Assembly (NCBI RefSeq): GCF_030684315.1
Contig: NC_081387.1
Coordinates: 6,180,497-6,244,496, forward strand
Source: Stegostoma tigrinum
Taxonomy: Eukaryota
Direction: 5' to 3'
DNA: 64,000 nucleotides
Position numbers and translations under genes: made by a program. Shown one piece after another: positions 1-13,235 of this stretch. The notes beneath the pieces were generated by a model. The model had not been told where the DNA came from, ran no database searches, and worked only from the letters and a program-made list of their open reading frames with translations. Numbering within the stretch: the stretch's first letter is position 1; every line of letters starts with the position of its first letter.

Positions 1-590
1 CTAACTATCTGAATTAGCAGTAGTGAAACTCCCTGCGACTATATTGGTTCCCCTCCAGTTTGCATGCAAAACCTCCCCCTGTATAGATTCCCCCTGCCCC
101 AGAAGAGGTCCCAATGATTCAAATACCAGAAATCCTTGCCCTGCACCAGCTATTTTTCCGGACATTCATCTGTCACACCTTTTTATTTCTTGCCCCACTA
201 GCAGGTACTACTTGGAATAACCCAAAGATTGCGACACTTGAGGTTCTGCTTATCAGCCTCTGTTCTAACTCACCATACTCACTCCTCAGGACCTCATCCC
301 TCTTTCTACCTCTGTCATTGATACCAATGTGCACAACGAAGCCTGGCTGCTCGCCACCCCACCCCCTTAAGAATTTCATACTACCTCTCAGATATAAATT
401 TGATCCTGGCACTGAGGAGGCAATACACCATACTGGAGCCTCTAACACTGCCTCAGAAATTCTTGCCTGTACATCTAATTAATGAGCATCCTACTACTAT
501 CGCTTGCTTGGACTTTGCCCAACCCTGCCTTCCAGCAGAGCCAGTAATGGTGCCACAAGCCGAACTGCTACTGTTATACTCCCCCGAGAG
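1..590 (-). mobile_element. CR1-clade LINE, decayed ORF1 (SGNH esterase) fragment
   Basis: ORF 173..448(-) 'GEQPGFVVHIGINDRGRKRDEVLRSEYGEL' matches the esterase block also seen at 3100-3200(+) (VVVHTGTNDIGRKRD). Confidence 0.8.
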
Positions 591-2160
591 GTTATGCTGG
601 AGCCTAACTTTACGGCTCTTGAGCTCAATCCCTCATTAATGAAAGGTAACACACCATACGCCTTCTTTACAACTCTATCCACCTGGGTGGCAGCTTTCAG
701 GGAACTGTGGACGTGAACCCCAAGATCCCTCTGCTCCTCCACACTGCCAAAAATCTTTCCATTAACACTGTATTCTGCTTTCAAGTTTGTCTTTCCAAAA
801 TGAATCACCTCACACTTTTCAGGGTTAAGCTCCATCTGCCACTTCTCAGCCCAACTCTGCATCCCTTTGTAACATCGAACAGCTCTCCATACTATCCTCA
901 ACTCGACCAACCTTCGGATCGTCCACGAACTTACTAATCCATTCTTCCACTCCGACTTCCAAATCATTTACAAGAATCACAAAGAGCAGAGAACACAGAA
1001 CAGATCCCAAATGAGCACCATGATGAATATTTTCTGTCTACTACCACCCTTTGGCTTCTAAGGGTCAGCCAATTCCATAACCAATCTGCCACATTTCCCT
1101 CTATCCCATGCCTCCTTATCTTCTGCATGAGCCTACCATTGGGAGCTTTATCAAATGCCTTACTTAAATCCATGCATACCATATCCACTGCTCTACCTTC
1201 ATCCACATGTTTGGTCACCTCTTCAAAGAATTCAATAAGGTTTGTGAAGCATGATCTACCCATCACAAATCCATGTTATCATCAATCAAACTATGCATAC
1301 CCAGGTGATCATAAATCCTATCTCTCAGAGCCCTTTCCAATAATTTTCCCACTACTAACATCAAACTAACTGGCCTATAATTTCTGGGGTTATCCCTATT
1401 CCCATTTCTGAACAAGGGAATAAGGTTTGCCTCTCTCCAATCTTCAGGGCAGTGAGGATGAAAAGATCATCGTCAAAGAAGCTGTGATCTCTTCCGTCTC
1501 TTCCCATAGAATCCTTGGATAAATCCCATCAGGCCCTGGGGACTAATTTATCTTCAACTTCCTCAAAATTCCTAGTACATCTTCCTACTGACATCAACCT
1601 CCTCTAGCCTACCAGCCTGCTTCACACAGTCCTCCTCTACAACTCGGCCGCTCTCGGTTGTGAATACTGAAGAAAAGTATTCATTGAGGACCTCTCCTGT
1701 GTCTTTGGACTTTGTGCACAAATTTCCTTTCCAATCCTTGATAGGCCCGACCCTTTCTCTGGTCATTCTCTTATTCCTCACACACATGTAAAAGGCCTTG
1801 GAGTTTTACTTGATCCTATCTGCCAAAGTTTTCTCATGCCCACTTCTAGCTCTCCTAAGCCCTTTCTTCAGCTCCTTCCTGCTTAACTTGTAGCCCGCTA
1901 GAGCCGTTTCCGATCTTTGTTTCCTCAACTTGATATCAGCATCCTTCTTTCTCTTAACCAGTCATTCAACCTGTCTTGACAACCAAGGCTTCCTCATTCG
2001 ACTGCATCTTCTATGCAGGCTAGGGACAAACGAGCACAAGCAGTATACATTCCGTAACAATCTCCACATTTCAATTGTGCTCTTCCCTCATAACATCTGT
2101 TCCCATTTTATGTTACTCAGTTCTTGCCAAACAGAATTGTAATTACCCTTCCCTAATTAT
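591..2160 (-). mobile_element. CR1-clade LINE, decayed ORF2 (RT region)
   Basis: Frameshifted pieces 'RSCFTNLIEFFEEVTKHVDEGRAVDMVCMDLSKAFDK' and 'QSWAEKWQMELNPEKCEVIHFG'. Confidence 0.9.
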
Positions 2161-2169
2161 AAACCTAAC

Positions 2170-3859
2170 CTTACCTTTTAGTGAGGTAGGTTATCAAAAT
2201 TAGAGACAGACTTCTTGTTGCAGCGGTGGCGCGAGCGGGACCTTGGACCAGGGGCCTGTCCGGAAGCCAGTGAGTCAGAGATTTTAAGTCTTCAAAAAAC
2301 TTACCTCGAGCGTCGGAGCGTTCCATTTCTGGTTGCAGCAGTAGTACCTCAGAGCAGAGGTTTCTGGGAAGGGAGTGACTTTTCTTTTACATCCCTTAGC
2401 TACATAAGTGATCGTTGTGTAAACCCGAGACCTACCCTTGTAGGGCCTCCCACCCATCCACCTCCTCTAACCTTGTACATCGGAGACAAATCAAGGTAAG
2501 CTTTTCTTTTTCTTACGTTCTGTTTAGGGGATTAGCAGGGATGGCAGTGCACGTAAAGGAATGTTCCTCCTGCATGATGTATGAGGTGAGGGACGCCATT
2601 AGTGTCCCATCCAAATATGTCTGTAGGAAGTGCACCCAACTCTTGCTCCTCCAAGATCGCTTTAGGGAACTGGAGCGGGAGCTGGATGAACTTTGGATCA
2701 TTCGGGAAGCAGAGTCAGTGATAGACAAGAGTTACAGGGAAGTAGTGACTCCTAAGCGTGAAGAAAGCTGGGTAACTGTTAGAAGGGGGGGGAACACAGT
2801 CAGTGCAGGGATCCCCTGTGGTCGTTCCCCTGAAAAACAAGTATACCGTTTTGGATACTGTTGGGGGGGGACTTACCAGGGGCATGCAGTAGGGTGCAGG
2901 TCTCTGGCACAGAGTCTGTCCCTCTTGCACAGAAGGGAAGGGGGGACAGGAAGAGAGTGATAGTCATTGGGGACTCAATAGTTAGAGGGACTGATAGAAG
3001 ATTTGCCGGAACGAAAGAGACTCACGATTGCTGAGTTGCCTCCCAGGTGCCAGGGTCTGTGATGTCTCGGATCGTGTCTTTGGGGTCCTGAAGGGAGAGG
3101 GTGGCCAGCCCCAAGTTGTGGTCCACACAGGCACCAACGACATAGGTAGAAAGAGGGATAGGGATGTCAGGCAGGATTTGAGGGAGCTAGGGTGGAGGTT
3201 GAGAGCTAGAACAAACAGTGGTTATCTCTGGTTTGTTACCCGTGCCACGTGATAGCGAGGCAAAGAGCAGGGAGAGATTTCAACTGAACATGTGGTTGCA
3301 GGGATGGTGCAGGAGGGAGGTCTTCAGGTACATGGACAATTGGGGCTCATTCTGGGGAATGTGTTACGTCTACAAACAGGACGGTCTCCACTTGAACCAG
3401 AGGGTCGCTAATATCCTGGGTGGGAAATTTGCTAGTGCTATTCAAGTGGATTTAAGCAAGTTCAGAAGGGGGATGGGAAACTGAGGTGTAGTCCTAGTAC
3501 ACAGGAGGATGAGCGTAGGGAGGACATGGTCAGGACCTCACTGTCACAGGAGTGTGCAGGCAGACAGCAATCTGGGTTGAAGTGTGTCTACTTTAACGCA
3601 GGAGTATCCGGAATAAGGTAGGTGAGCTTGCAGCTTGGATAGGTACCTGGGACTTCGATGTTGTGGCCATTTTGGAGACATGGATAGAGCAGGGTCAGGA
3701 ATGGATGTTGCAGGTTCCAGGGTTTAGATCTTTCATTAAGGTCAGGGAAGGTGAGAAAGTGGGGGGGGGGTGTGGATTTGTTGGTCAAGGACAGTACAAA
3801 GATGGCTGAAAGAACTTTTGATGAGGAACTCGTCTACTGAGGTGGCATGGGCTGAGGTT
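2170..3859 (+). mobile_element. CR1 LINE 5' part: 5'UTR, ORF1 (Cys zinc-finger-like, coiled coil, SGNH esterase; ATG 2541) and start of ORF2 endonuclease
   Basis: MAVHVKECSSC...CRKC...ELERELDEL, then 'IVIGDSIVRG' and 'DGLHLN' esterase motifs across frameshifts; endonuclease N-terminus from about 3580. Confidence 0.9.
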
Positions 3860-6454
3860 GCCGCGGAAGGTTTATCGACTGAGTCAGTATGGGTGGAAGT
3901 TAGGAACAGCAAGGGAGCAGTCACCTCATCAGGGGTTTTCTACACACACCCCAAAAAGCGGTAGGGAGATCGAAGAACTCATTGGCCGGCAGATTGTTGA
4001 AAAGTGCAAACGTAGCAGGGCTGTTGTTATGGGTGACTTCAACTTTCCCAATATAGATTGGAACCTCTTTAGTGCAGATGGTTTGGATGGAGCCGTTTTT
4101 GTCAGGTGTGTTCAGGAGGGTTTCCTTACTCAGTATGTGGACAGGCCGGCGATGGGGGAGGCCAGTTTGGATTTAGTGCTCGGCAGTGAGCCAGGGCAGG
4201 TGTCAGATATCATGGTGGGAGAGCACTTTGGCGACAGTGACCACAACAGCCTCACATTTACCATAGCCATGGAAAGGGAAAGGAACAGTTACCAGGGGAA
4301 GACATTTAAGTGGGGAAAAGGAAACTACAACGCTATCAGACAAGAGTTGGGAAGTACAGATTGGGAGCAATTGTTCCACAGAAAATGCACAGCAGACATG
4401 TGGACACTGTTTAAGGAGCAGTTGTTGCTAGTGATGTATAAATTTGTTCCTCTCAGACAGGTAAGAAGGGGTAAGATTAAGGAGCCGTGGATGACGGGTA
4501 CAGAGGTGCTTCTTCTCAAAAAGAAAAAGGCAGTGTACGTAAGGTGGAGGAAGCAAGGGTCGAGCACAGTTTAAGAGGATTATAGGCTTCCTCGGAAGGA
4601 GCTCAAAAGTTGACTGAGGAGGGCCAGGAGCGGGCACGAAAAAGGCTTCGCAGGAAGGATTAAGGAGAACGTGAGGAAGAAGAGAATGATCAGGGAGAAG
4701 GTAGAGCCGATCAGGGATAGTGTCGGGAACTTGTGTGTGGAGTCTGAGCAGACAGGGGAAGCCCTAAATGGAGTTTTTTGATTTGGTTTTAACTAAGGAA
4801 AGGGACCTTGTTGTGAATGAGAACTTTGAGGAGCAGGAAAACAGGCTTGAACAGATCAAGTTTGAGGAATTTGACATGCTGGAAATTTTGGCAAACATTA
4901 AGATTGATAAGTCCCCAGGGCCAGACCAGATTTATCCTAGGCTGCTCCGGGAAGTGAGAAAGGAGGTTGCTAAGCCCCTGGCGAAGATCCTTGCTTCCTC
5001 AGTCGCCACGGGAGTCATACCGGAAGATTGGAGGGAGGCAAATGTTGTTCCTCTTTTCAAGAAAGGGAATAGGGAAATCCCTGGAAATTACAGACCAGTC
5101 AGTCTTACGTCTGTGGTCAGCAAGGTTTTGGAAGGAATTCTGAGGGATAGGATTTATGATTATTTGGAAAAGCATAGCGTGATTAATGGGAGTCAGTATG
5201 GCTTTGTGAGGGGCAGGTCATGCCCTACAAACCTTATTGAGTTCTTTGAGGAAGTCATGAGACAGGTTGACAAGGGTCGAGCAGTGGATGTGGTGTACAT
5301 GGACTTCAGCAAGGCATTTGATAAGGTTCCCTACGGCAGGCTCATTCATAAAGTCAGGAGGTATGGGATACAGGGTGATTTGGCTGTCTGGATTCAGAAT
5401 TGGTTGGCTGACAGGAGGCAGAGAGTGGTTGTAGATGGTAAGTATTCTGCCTGGAGGTCAGTGCTGAGTGGTGTCCCGCAGGGCTCTGTTCTTGGGCCTC
5501 TGCTCTTTGCACTTTTTATAAATGACTTGGATGAGGAGGTTGAGGGGTGGGTTAGTATGTTTGCTGATGACACAAAGGTTGGAGGTGCCGTTGATAGTAT
5601 CGAGGGCTATTGCAGGCTTCAGCGAGACATTGATAGAATGCAGAGCTGGGCTGAGAAATGGCAGATGGAGTTCAACCTGGATAAATGCGAAGTGATGCAT
5701 TTTGGAAGGTCGAACTCGCTGAATATAGGATTAAAAGCAGGATTCTCGGCAATCAGTGGGATCTTGGTGTTCAAATGCATAGCTCCCTCAAAGTTGCCAC
5801 CCTGGTGGAGAAGGTTGTTAAGAAAGCATATGGTGTTCTGGCTTTCATTAAAATGGGGATCGAGCGTAAGAGCCGCGAGGTTATGCTGCAGCTCTACAAA
5901 ACCCTGGTGAGAACACACTTGTAATATTGTGTCCAGTTCTGGTCGCCCTATTATAGGAAAGATGTGGTGGCTTTGGAGAGGTTGCAAAGGAGGTTTACCA
6001 GGATGCTGCCTGGAATGGAGGGCTTGTCTTACGAGCAGAGGTTGACTGAGCTCGGAATTTTCTCTCTGGAGAGAAGGAGGAAGAGAGGTGACCTGATTGA
6101 GGTGTACAAGGTTATGAGAAGCATGGATAGAGTCGATAGCCAGAGACTTTTCCCCAGGGCAGGATTGACTGCCATGAGGAGTCATAGTTTTAAGGTGTCA
6201 GAAGGAAGGTATAGAGGAGACGTCAGAGGGAGTTTCTTCACCCAGAGAGTTGTGAGTGCATGGAATACTTTGCCAGTAGAAGTCGTGGAAGCGGAGTCGT
6301 TAGTGACATTTAAGCGACTGCTGGACATGCACATGGACAGCAGTGAATTGAGGGGAATGTTGGTTAGGTTATTTTATTTTTGGATTCGGATTATTCCACG
6401 GCACAACATTGTGGGCCGATGGGCCTGTACTGTGCTGTACTTTTCTATGTTCTA
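3860..6454 (+). mobile_element. CR1 LINE ORF2 (APE endonuclease + RT) and 3' tail, frameshifted
   Basis: MGDFNFP, SDH, GVPQGSVLGP and FADD motifs; ends in a TTCTATGTTCTA tail. Confidence 0.95.
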
Positions 6455-6459
6455 GATCT

Positions 6460-7285
6460 TTATCAGATGGGGAAATGAACTGAACTGAAGATTGGCAAAA
6501 GCAATTCAATACAAATAAGTGTGAGGTGTTGTATTTTGGAAACAGAAACCAGGTTATGACTTATTCAGTAAATGGGAAGGTTCTGAGCAGTGTCGTGGAA
6601 CAAAGGGACTGAGGAGAACAATTATATGGTTTGTTGAAAGCGACATCACAGGTAGATGGGGTGTTGAAGAAGGCATTTAGCATGTTGCCCTTTGTCGGTC
6701 GAAGCATTGAGTATCAGAGTTGGGACTTTATGCTTCAGTTGTCTAAGTCATTGCTGAGGCTGCACTTGGAGTGTTGTGATCACACTATTATATGAAAGAC
6801 AGTTCAACTGGAAAGTGGGCTAAGATGATTTCTGAAGATTTTGCCAGGACTAGTAGCCCTGAGTTTTAAGGAGAGATTGGCCAGAATAGGACTTTATTCC
6901 TTGGAACATAAGAGAATGAGGTGTATAAAATCATGAAGGGCATAGGTATGTTGAATGCATCTTATTTTTCTCCGAGGATCCGAACATGAAAACTGGAGGG
7001 CATAGGCTGACTATGAGAGGGAAAAGGGACAAGAAGAAGCTGAGGGGGAACTTTTTCAAGCAGAGATTGGTACAGATATGGAATGTGCTCCCAGGGAAAG
7101 TGGTTGAGGCAGGCACAATAGTAACATTGAAGAAAAAAAAATCAGTAGGAACATGGATGGGAAGGATTCAGAGGGATGCAGAACAAATGCAGGAAACTGG
7201 AAATAGTTGAGTGAGCAACATGGTCAGCATGGAGCAATATCGGCAAAAGGGCCTGTTTCCATGTTGTATTACTCTATGAATCTAT
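6460..7285 (+). mobile_element. Older CR1 LINE 3' fragment
   Basis: Degenerate RT C-terminal sequence (LRGNFFKQRLVQIWNVLP) and AAGGGCCTGTTTCC...CTCTATGAATCTATG 3' end. Confidence 0.8.
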
Positions 7286-7543
7286 GCCTCTCTGATTCAT
7301 TCTGTGTAATTCATAATTTCTACAGATTGGTGGTCAGCATCACGTCTCCTGAAATTGGCACTCTCTCTCATTTTATCAGTATGTCCAAATGAACTGTGTT
7401 TGCTTCTTTGTTTTCATTTTATGCACTTTATTTCTTGGTTGTCGTGAATATGCACGAAAACATTCACTTGAAACATTTTTGAGAGTGAGTAGAAACAAAA
7501 TTCTACATCAAGAAGATTGAAAAGTAACAACTATCTTGTTGTA

Positions 7544-7602
7544 AGATAATAAAATGTGAGGCTGGATGAACACAGCAGGCCAAGCAGCATCTCAGGAGCA
7601 CA
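7544..7602 (-). mobile_element. Mini insertion of Penelope-like element terminus, 15-bp TSD
   Basis: Flanked by AACTATCTTGTTGTA at 7529-7543 and 7603-7617; sequence is the reverse complement of the PLE 3' end at about 51041-51100. Confidence 0.85.
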
Positions 7603-8601
7603 AACTATCTTGTTGTATTACCCTCCCTTTTAGGACACTTCAAAATCTTCAATGTTCAGGTAATATGAATTCTGTTGAGAGCAAGTCATCAATGCCCTAC
7701 ATCCATTGCATAAAATGTGAAAAATTTCTCCTTCCGGGACAGCACAGCTAATAAAAAAAAAACACCACATTCTCATTCTGACTCTATGATTCTGTTCACG
7801 TGGCTGCATTGGCGTGGAATAACGTAGACTGGGCATTTGTGTCAGAGTTCATTGTTACCCTTCCGATGTATATTTTCATATATTATTGCATATATTATCA
7901 CACTCTCTTATCTCTACTTCTGAGTGAATTTCTCGCATTCTCTCCTGGCTTCTCGTGCTGAGACTTCTATGTAGCTGATTTAAATGCCAACTGTCTCTCT
8001 TTTTCTTCCCTCTCATGACGTCCCCATACTCTTTTTCAACTGATATCCCCTCTTCTTGTTCAAGACCACTAAGCATCTCTGCATGATTTCAGTGTTTGGA
8101 TCTCAATCACAGAAAAACATAAGGTTCTTGCCACAGCTTCCGCCATTGCTATCACTCTCTCTCTCTCTCTCACGCTCGCACGCTCTCTTTCTATCTATCC
8201 GTCTATCTTGCTGGCTTTCTACATTTCTCGACATGTTTTCCTGTACTTAGATTGGACAGAATTGGGAATAAAAATAAAACTGTCCAAACAAAAGGTAAAA
8301 AGTTAAGGTGCATGGAAGCAATTGCTGCACCTATTAAAAAAGGAAGTTAGAAACATTGCCATTAACTGTCATTTGACTGGCAATAACTATCATATGGAGT
8401 GGTGAAAATTAATCTGTAAGAAGGGCCTTCTGCCTGACCTCAGCTATGTGATTGGCGCCCATGCAGTTAAATAGCTTGTGAGTGTGTGGGAACCCAGCGT
8501 TTAAACTAATCCCATCAATTCCCAATGAACGGGAATCAAGACAGAACTGAGAATGAATCTGGGAACCAATACAGTTCTAATATTATTCTAATGTCTTTTA
8601 G

Positions 8602-8709
8602 AAATCTTTGAAAATAGTGTGGAACGTTTCCATCTTGCCATTCTGATTGGATTAGTTACTGCAGTGTCGTCAATAGTCGGAATAATCATCTGGAAAAAGC
8701 CCTGGAAAG
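8602..8709 (+). CDS. MHC class I-like gene A, connecting peptide/transmembrane exon
   Basis: tttag|...|gtaag, phase 1; EIFENSVERFHLAILIGLVTAVSSIVGIIIWKKPWK; paralogous to 32986-33096(-). Confidence 0.85.
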
Positions 8710-9112
8710 GTAAGAAACAGGGAGAGGGTAATGTAGAACTGAGGGGACAGGGTGAATGTAGGGTGAGTAGTGGGAGTACAGGACACTGTATTGAGTGGAA
8801 CTGACTGAATTCCCAAACTCAGTTACACATGTATAAACACATTCTTGTTCCCTCTCTGATCTTCCTTTGTATGATAGGCTGAGACCAGGTTGAATATTGA
8901 TCATTAAAACCATGCCACACATTCACATCCTCACTGACTGAAGATTGATAGAATGGAAGAGATCTCCAGATTCTCCCTGATGTTTAAGGATAGATGAGAG
9001 TGTGAGAATGAGGATTTCTGTCACAGTCTCTGTTCCCCTATACTTGTTATGTTCTCACTCTCTGAGAATGGATTATTCCCCATTCTCATGGACATCTATT
9101 TTGTTTCTGCAG

Positions 9113-9145
9113 ATTCACCAACTGGGACCTACATAACAGCTCGCA
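9113..9145 (+). CDS. MHC class I-like gene A, 33-nt Tyr-containing cytoplasmic exon
   Basis: tgcag|...|gtaagt; DSPTGTYITAR; same size and phase as class I exon 6. Confidence 0.8.
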
Positions 9146-9587
9146 GTAAGTTACTGAGCGGAAAGCGTGTTGGGGATGGTACAGAATGCATTGGAAGTTG
9201 TAGAATTGCATTCACCTCGGTGTTACTCAGGATGCCAGACATGCCACATTCCTCACTCTCCAGTCCCTCAATTCCCAGTCACTTATCCTCCTCTCACTCC
9301 TCGCGACACACCTCAATCATTCTCCCTTCAGTCCCTTGCCCTTTAATCTCTCATCACTACTCATTCACCATTCAGTTCCTCACCCAAAACTCTCTCATCA
9401 TCCGGTCCTCCGTCAGCTCTTTCACCCTACAAACTCTCAACTTCAATTGCCTCTGTGCTGTGCTGTGTGAGTCTGGTTAGTTATATGCTGAGTGTGATTG
9501 AATCCTGGATCGCGTGAGTGATGGAGAATATTTCAGACTGATTTTGTATATTATTATATTTCTCTTATTCTGTTTATGTTTTCTCAG

Positions 9588-9619
9588 CTTCTGATGTCTC
9601 CATTCCAGCTCCTTCATGA
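9588..9619 (+). CDS. MHC class I-like gene A, last coding exon
   Basis: ctcag|CT TCT GAT GTC TCC... = TSDVSIPAPS*; SDVS motif typical of class I tails; paralog at 32277-32308(-). Confidence 0.8.
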
Positions 9620-10524
9620 TTCAGTAAGTGTCATTTTAACTTTTATCAGAGATATATTTGTAACTTTCCCCTCTCCTCTTGACTAATTCCACCCTCTCAC
9701 CCTCACTGTCCCAGACAGTGTTAAAACCTGTCAGACTAATTTTACTCCCTTGCCCACCCTGAAGTGACTGCATTGTGTCTGTCCATTCCTTACTTTGTGG
9801 GCTTTCTGGGTTCCACTGCAGGACATTCCCGGAGCCTCATTGAGGAATGAAGGAAATCTCCTGTTCCAGTGTGAACATGGACACCATTGAACATCCTTCC
9901 ATATCACAGCAGGCAAACAGATTTTTGGCTCATTGTTCGCACCCAGTCCTTTCAGGAATGAGATCGATTTTTTTTTCTAGGGAATGTATTTCCACTGACT
10001 GAACAGTGAATCCCGGATTTGCAGGAATGGGGGGAACCTGATTCTTCAAGTGAGACCTTCTCAAGTCATGATCCAATCCCATCTCAGAAACGTGAGCAGC
10101 TTCACTGTCAGAGGAATCTTCACAGATGGTTTCTCCCTCACACTTTCTCAACTTCACTGTCTTCAGTGGTTCAGTCATTTACCTGAAATGAAACAATGTC
10201 CTGAGGTAACTCAGAGACAGTTTTTATATTGTAGGCAACTGAATGATTTTGCACTTTTTGTCAACAAATTCTAGTGGTCATGTACATATCTGTGTAAAGT
10301 TTGCAACTGTCTATCGTTATGCTGATGAAAAATACTTGCTATTTGTTTGTTAATATTTAACATGCATTCTATTTTAAGCTGAACAGCTGTGTTTTGAATT
10401 TGAAGTACCCGCTGTGAACTCCTGTGTGATGTATAAATTTTACAATCGGATTTATTTACATTGTTATTTACACTGTTATTCATCAATGTTTAACCATAAA
10501 TGCCGATAATGGTGTTTTGCAATT

Positions 10525-10530
10525 AATAAA
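10525..10530 (+). terminator. Probable polyadenylation signal of gene A
   Basis: AATAAA at the end of a block (about 9700-10560) homologous to the gene D 3' region, where the signal is conserved (31180-31185, -). Confidence 0.55.
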
Positions 10531-12037
10531 CAATGGTTTATGGTTGATTTTTCCACTTTCTTCAATAATGATTTCATGAGAAAGGTTTAATTCGTTCACT
10601 CAGCAGCTTGTGGCTCTTGGAATCAGCAGTAGATGAGCTTCAGTTCATTGTGAAGTGGGGGAGTCAGGTCCATTCAACTCTCCAATGAGCCATCCCCAAA
10701 TGAACGGAGAAGCACAAAGTGATGTTTGTATCTTGTGTGTTCAGAGTTTGATGGTTGATAATGCTTGGAAGTGTTCATTCCCCAGCTGCTGGGAATCAGG
10801 AATATGTCACAGACTGGTGACCAAGCAGGTATTGTAGTGAGGAAAAGGCAGGGTCACCAGCTGAATGTTTCAACCAGGTCTGAGCTCACAGGCTTCTGCA
10901 GTGTGGCAGATCAATGGGAATCTTCATTGTCAACATTTCCTTCTGATAGGCAATGCCTTTGGACACAACGGTTGGAGGTGGGGGGGGTGGTAGTCAGTGT
11001 CAGCTGTCAAAGGGAGTTGTAAGAGGACCTGGAGAAGATCACAGAAGGAAGTGAGACAGTAACTGAGCTGGAGGGGAAAGGGGAATGACATCCAGATGAA
11101 TAGGAAGGTGAGCACCCTGGGGTGGGAGGGCAGCTGAAGTGGCACTCTCACTCCTGTCCCCACATTGCACCTTTGGGTTTTAAGTTGAGGAACGTCCTGG
11201 GTGTGGGATGATAATCAGATCACTAACTCTCCATATCCGTGCCCCGTTTGACATGTGGGAAGCATTAGGGCAGCCATGAAGGTGATGGTGTGCGGTTACT
11301 GGGAGAGTGTGTGAGAGTTGTGAATGTTACATTAGATGAGTGGCCAAGAAAGCTAAAAACTGAACCTGTAATCTCCTGCAAATATCTCACACTCTTAGCA
11401 AGACACTAAAGAGTGCCAGCAGTCTGGGTGAGAAACATGTGAATGTTCCCTCCTTCAAGAATACACAGGGGCAGAAAAGGGGTTAAAAGACCTTCAATCC
11501 TGGTCTGGGTTTGTCTGGGGACAAACGACCTATGGTGCGGGCTAGTGTGCTGTGAATGTCACAGCTCAAGGAACAACCATTCAAACAGCTTTGTGCTGCA
11601 TCTAGAACAAGAGGGAAATTCTTAATCTGTGTTCTGACATCAGGCAATGCCGAAAAGAAGGACAAAGGAGTCCCATTCAAACTCCAGAGCCAAGAATCTC
11701 AAAATTGAGTATCAAGTAATGCAACTGGTAATACACGCAGCAACGGCCACAGTGTTCAGATATTCATTACTTGCAAACAATTCAGATTGACAAATTTTCT
11801 TTTTAACTTTCATATTTTTCACTTGCCCCTATTTCTAAGCTTGTATTGTGCACATTACTTTCCTATTTCTTTTTGCCGTTAATATTGAATAAACTTGCTT
11901 TTTATTAATTCAGGATACTCTGATTACGTTAGAAAAATATAAGTTCATTCAGTTGGATAAGCAGGGACGAACACAAACACACAAACACAGACAGATGGAT
12001 TTATACAGGCACACAAACATGGTGCCCAATTCCTTAC

Positions 12038-12314
12038 CCCACTGATAGAGCTTGGCCTCTGCCAGGCTGCTGTGTTCAATTTGACAGGAATATTGATCCT
12101 CATCCCCAGCATTGATCTCAATCTTTTTGGATCTGATGAGTCCTATCATGGTTTGGTTGAACCCCCCACGATTGTGTCTCAGACGTGACCTCTCCATTCC
12201 TTAGCCAGGTCACCTCGATGTCTACAGGATAAAATCCAGTGACCAGGCAGGAGACAGTGAGCGGCTTGTCCTGACGATTGGGCTCACTCCTGGAGATGAA
12301 CACTTCAGGCTGAA
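12038..12314 (-). pseudogene. MHC class I pseudogene B, alpha3 (Ig C1) exon with 2-nt deletion
   Basis: QPEVFIS...SCLVTGFYPVDIEVTW...YSCQIEHSSL; 277 nt vs 279 nt in gene D; frameshift near 12122. Confidence 0.95.
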
Positions 12315-12419
12315 CTGTGATGGGAAAGGGTGAAAACTCAAACAATAGCCAGACACGGAATTGGAGAGCGATTTCATAAATCAGTGAAGTTTGACCAGAA
12401 TTTGGGATCAAAACTGAAA

Positions 12420-12699
12420 TAAATATTCCTTTCTTGCTTCCAGATTACTGTTTAAGTATTGAACAAATGCTTCTTCAAGATGCTTTCCCAAAAGTTGTTC
12501 CAAGTTTGATCAGAATTCCATTTCTCTCTTACCTCCACTGCGTGATGATTTGCCGCGACCCTTCTCATTTTGTCTGGTTCTAAACTAATAAAGTCCTTTC
12601 CATCAAATCCAACTTGCATTGATCGCTTAACGGAACTTTTCTGATTAGAATCTTCTTCAAGAAACTCAACAGTCTGTATCCATTGGAATGTGTGAATGC
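12420..12699 (-). pseudogene. MHC class I pseudogene B, alpha2 exon (frameshift, donor deleted)
   Basis: GIHTFQWIQTVEFLEEDSNQKSSVKRSMQVGFDGKDFISLEPD...EKWNSD; 1-nt loss near 12484; 3' end and GT donor missing relative to gene D. Confidence 0.9.
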
Positions 12700-13053
12700 C
12701 TGTGCGTGATCAAACAGAGAGATGATGATCAAACAGAAATAATTGGTCAGGGAAAATCACGATCAAATTTGCAGAGAACGGGATCTGGAATCAGATAGAA
12801 ATGTCAGATCAGAGTCACGGTCTGATCAGAGTGGAAAGGGTCATAGCCTCAATTTGAAATGTTGAGGAAGCATTTTCTGGTCAAGATGGTGGCGGAGTAG
12901 GACCCTCCAACAGGAGCTCGTTCTGTTCATTTCCTATTTCCTGTCTCTTTTCCCCTTGTTGATGTTCAATCCTGAGGTACAGTGAGCTGGAGACACAGAG
13001 CTGAGAAGGGAGAGCCAGCAGGCCACAGGCAGGGCAGTGTCGTCAAATGGGCT

Positions 13054-13235
13054 GGAGGATCACATGGAACAGGGATAGCCAGTTGGTTGGAGGATCACAT
13101 GGAGCAGGGAGAGCCAGTTGGTTGGAGGATCACATGGAGCAGGGAGAGCCAGTTGGTTGGAGGATCACATGGAGCAGGGAGAGCCAGTGGGCTGGAGGCT
13201 CACACGGAGCAGGGAGAGCCAGCGGGCTGCAGGAT
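13054..13235 (+). repeat. 35-bp tandem repeat (about 5 copies)
   Basis: Unit TGGAGGATCACATGGAGCAGGGAGAGCCAGTTGGT starting at 13054, 13089, 13124, 13159, 13194; probably inside a larger retroelement-like insert (about 12880-13710). Confidence 0.85.

Noticed and set aside
11220-11940. Possible solo LTR between copies A and B
   Set aside because: Has TTAAAA and AATAAA motifs, but no terminal TG..CA, TSD or second copy was identified
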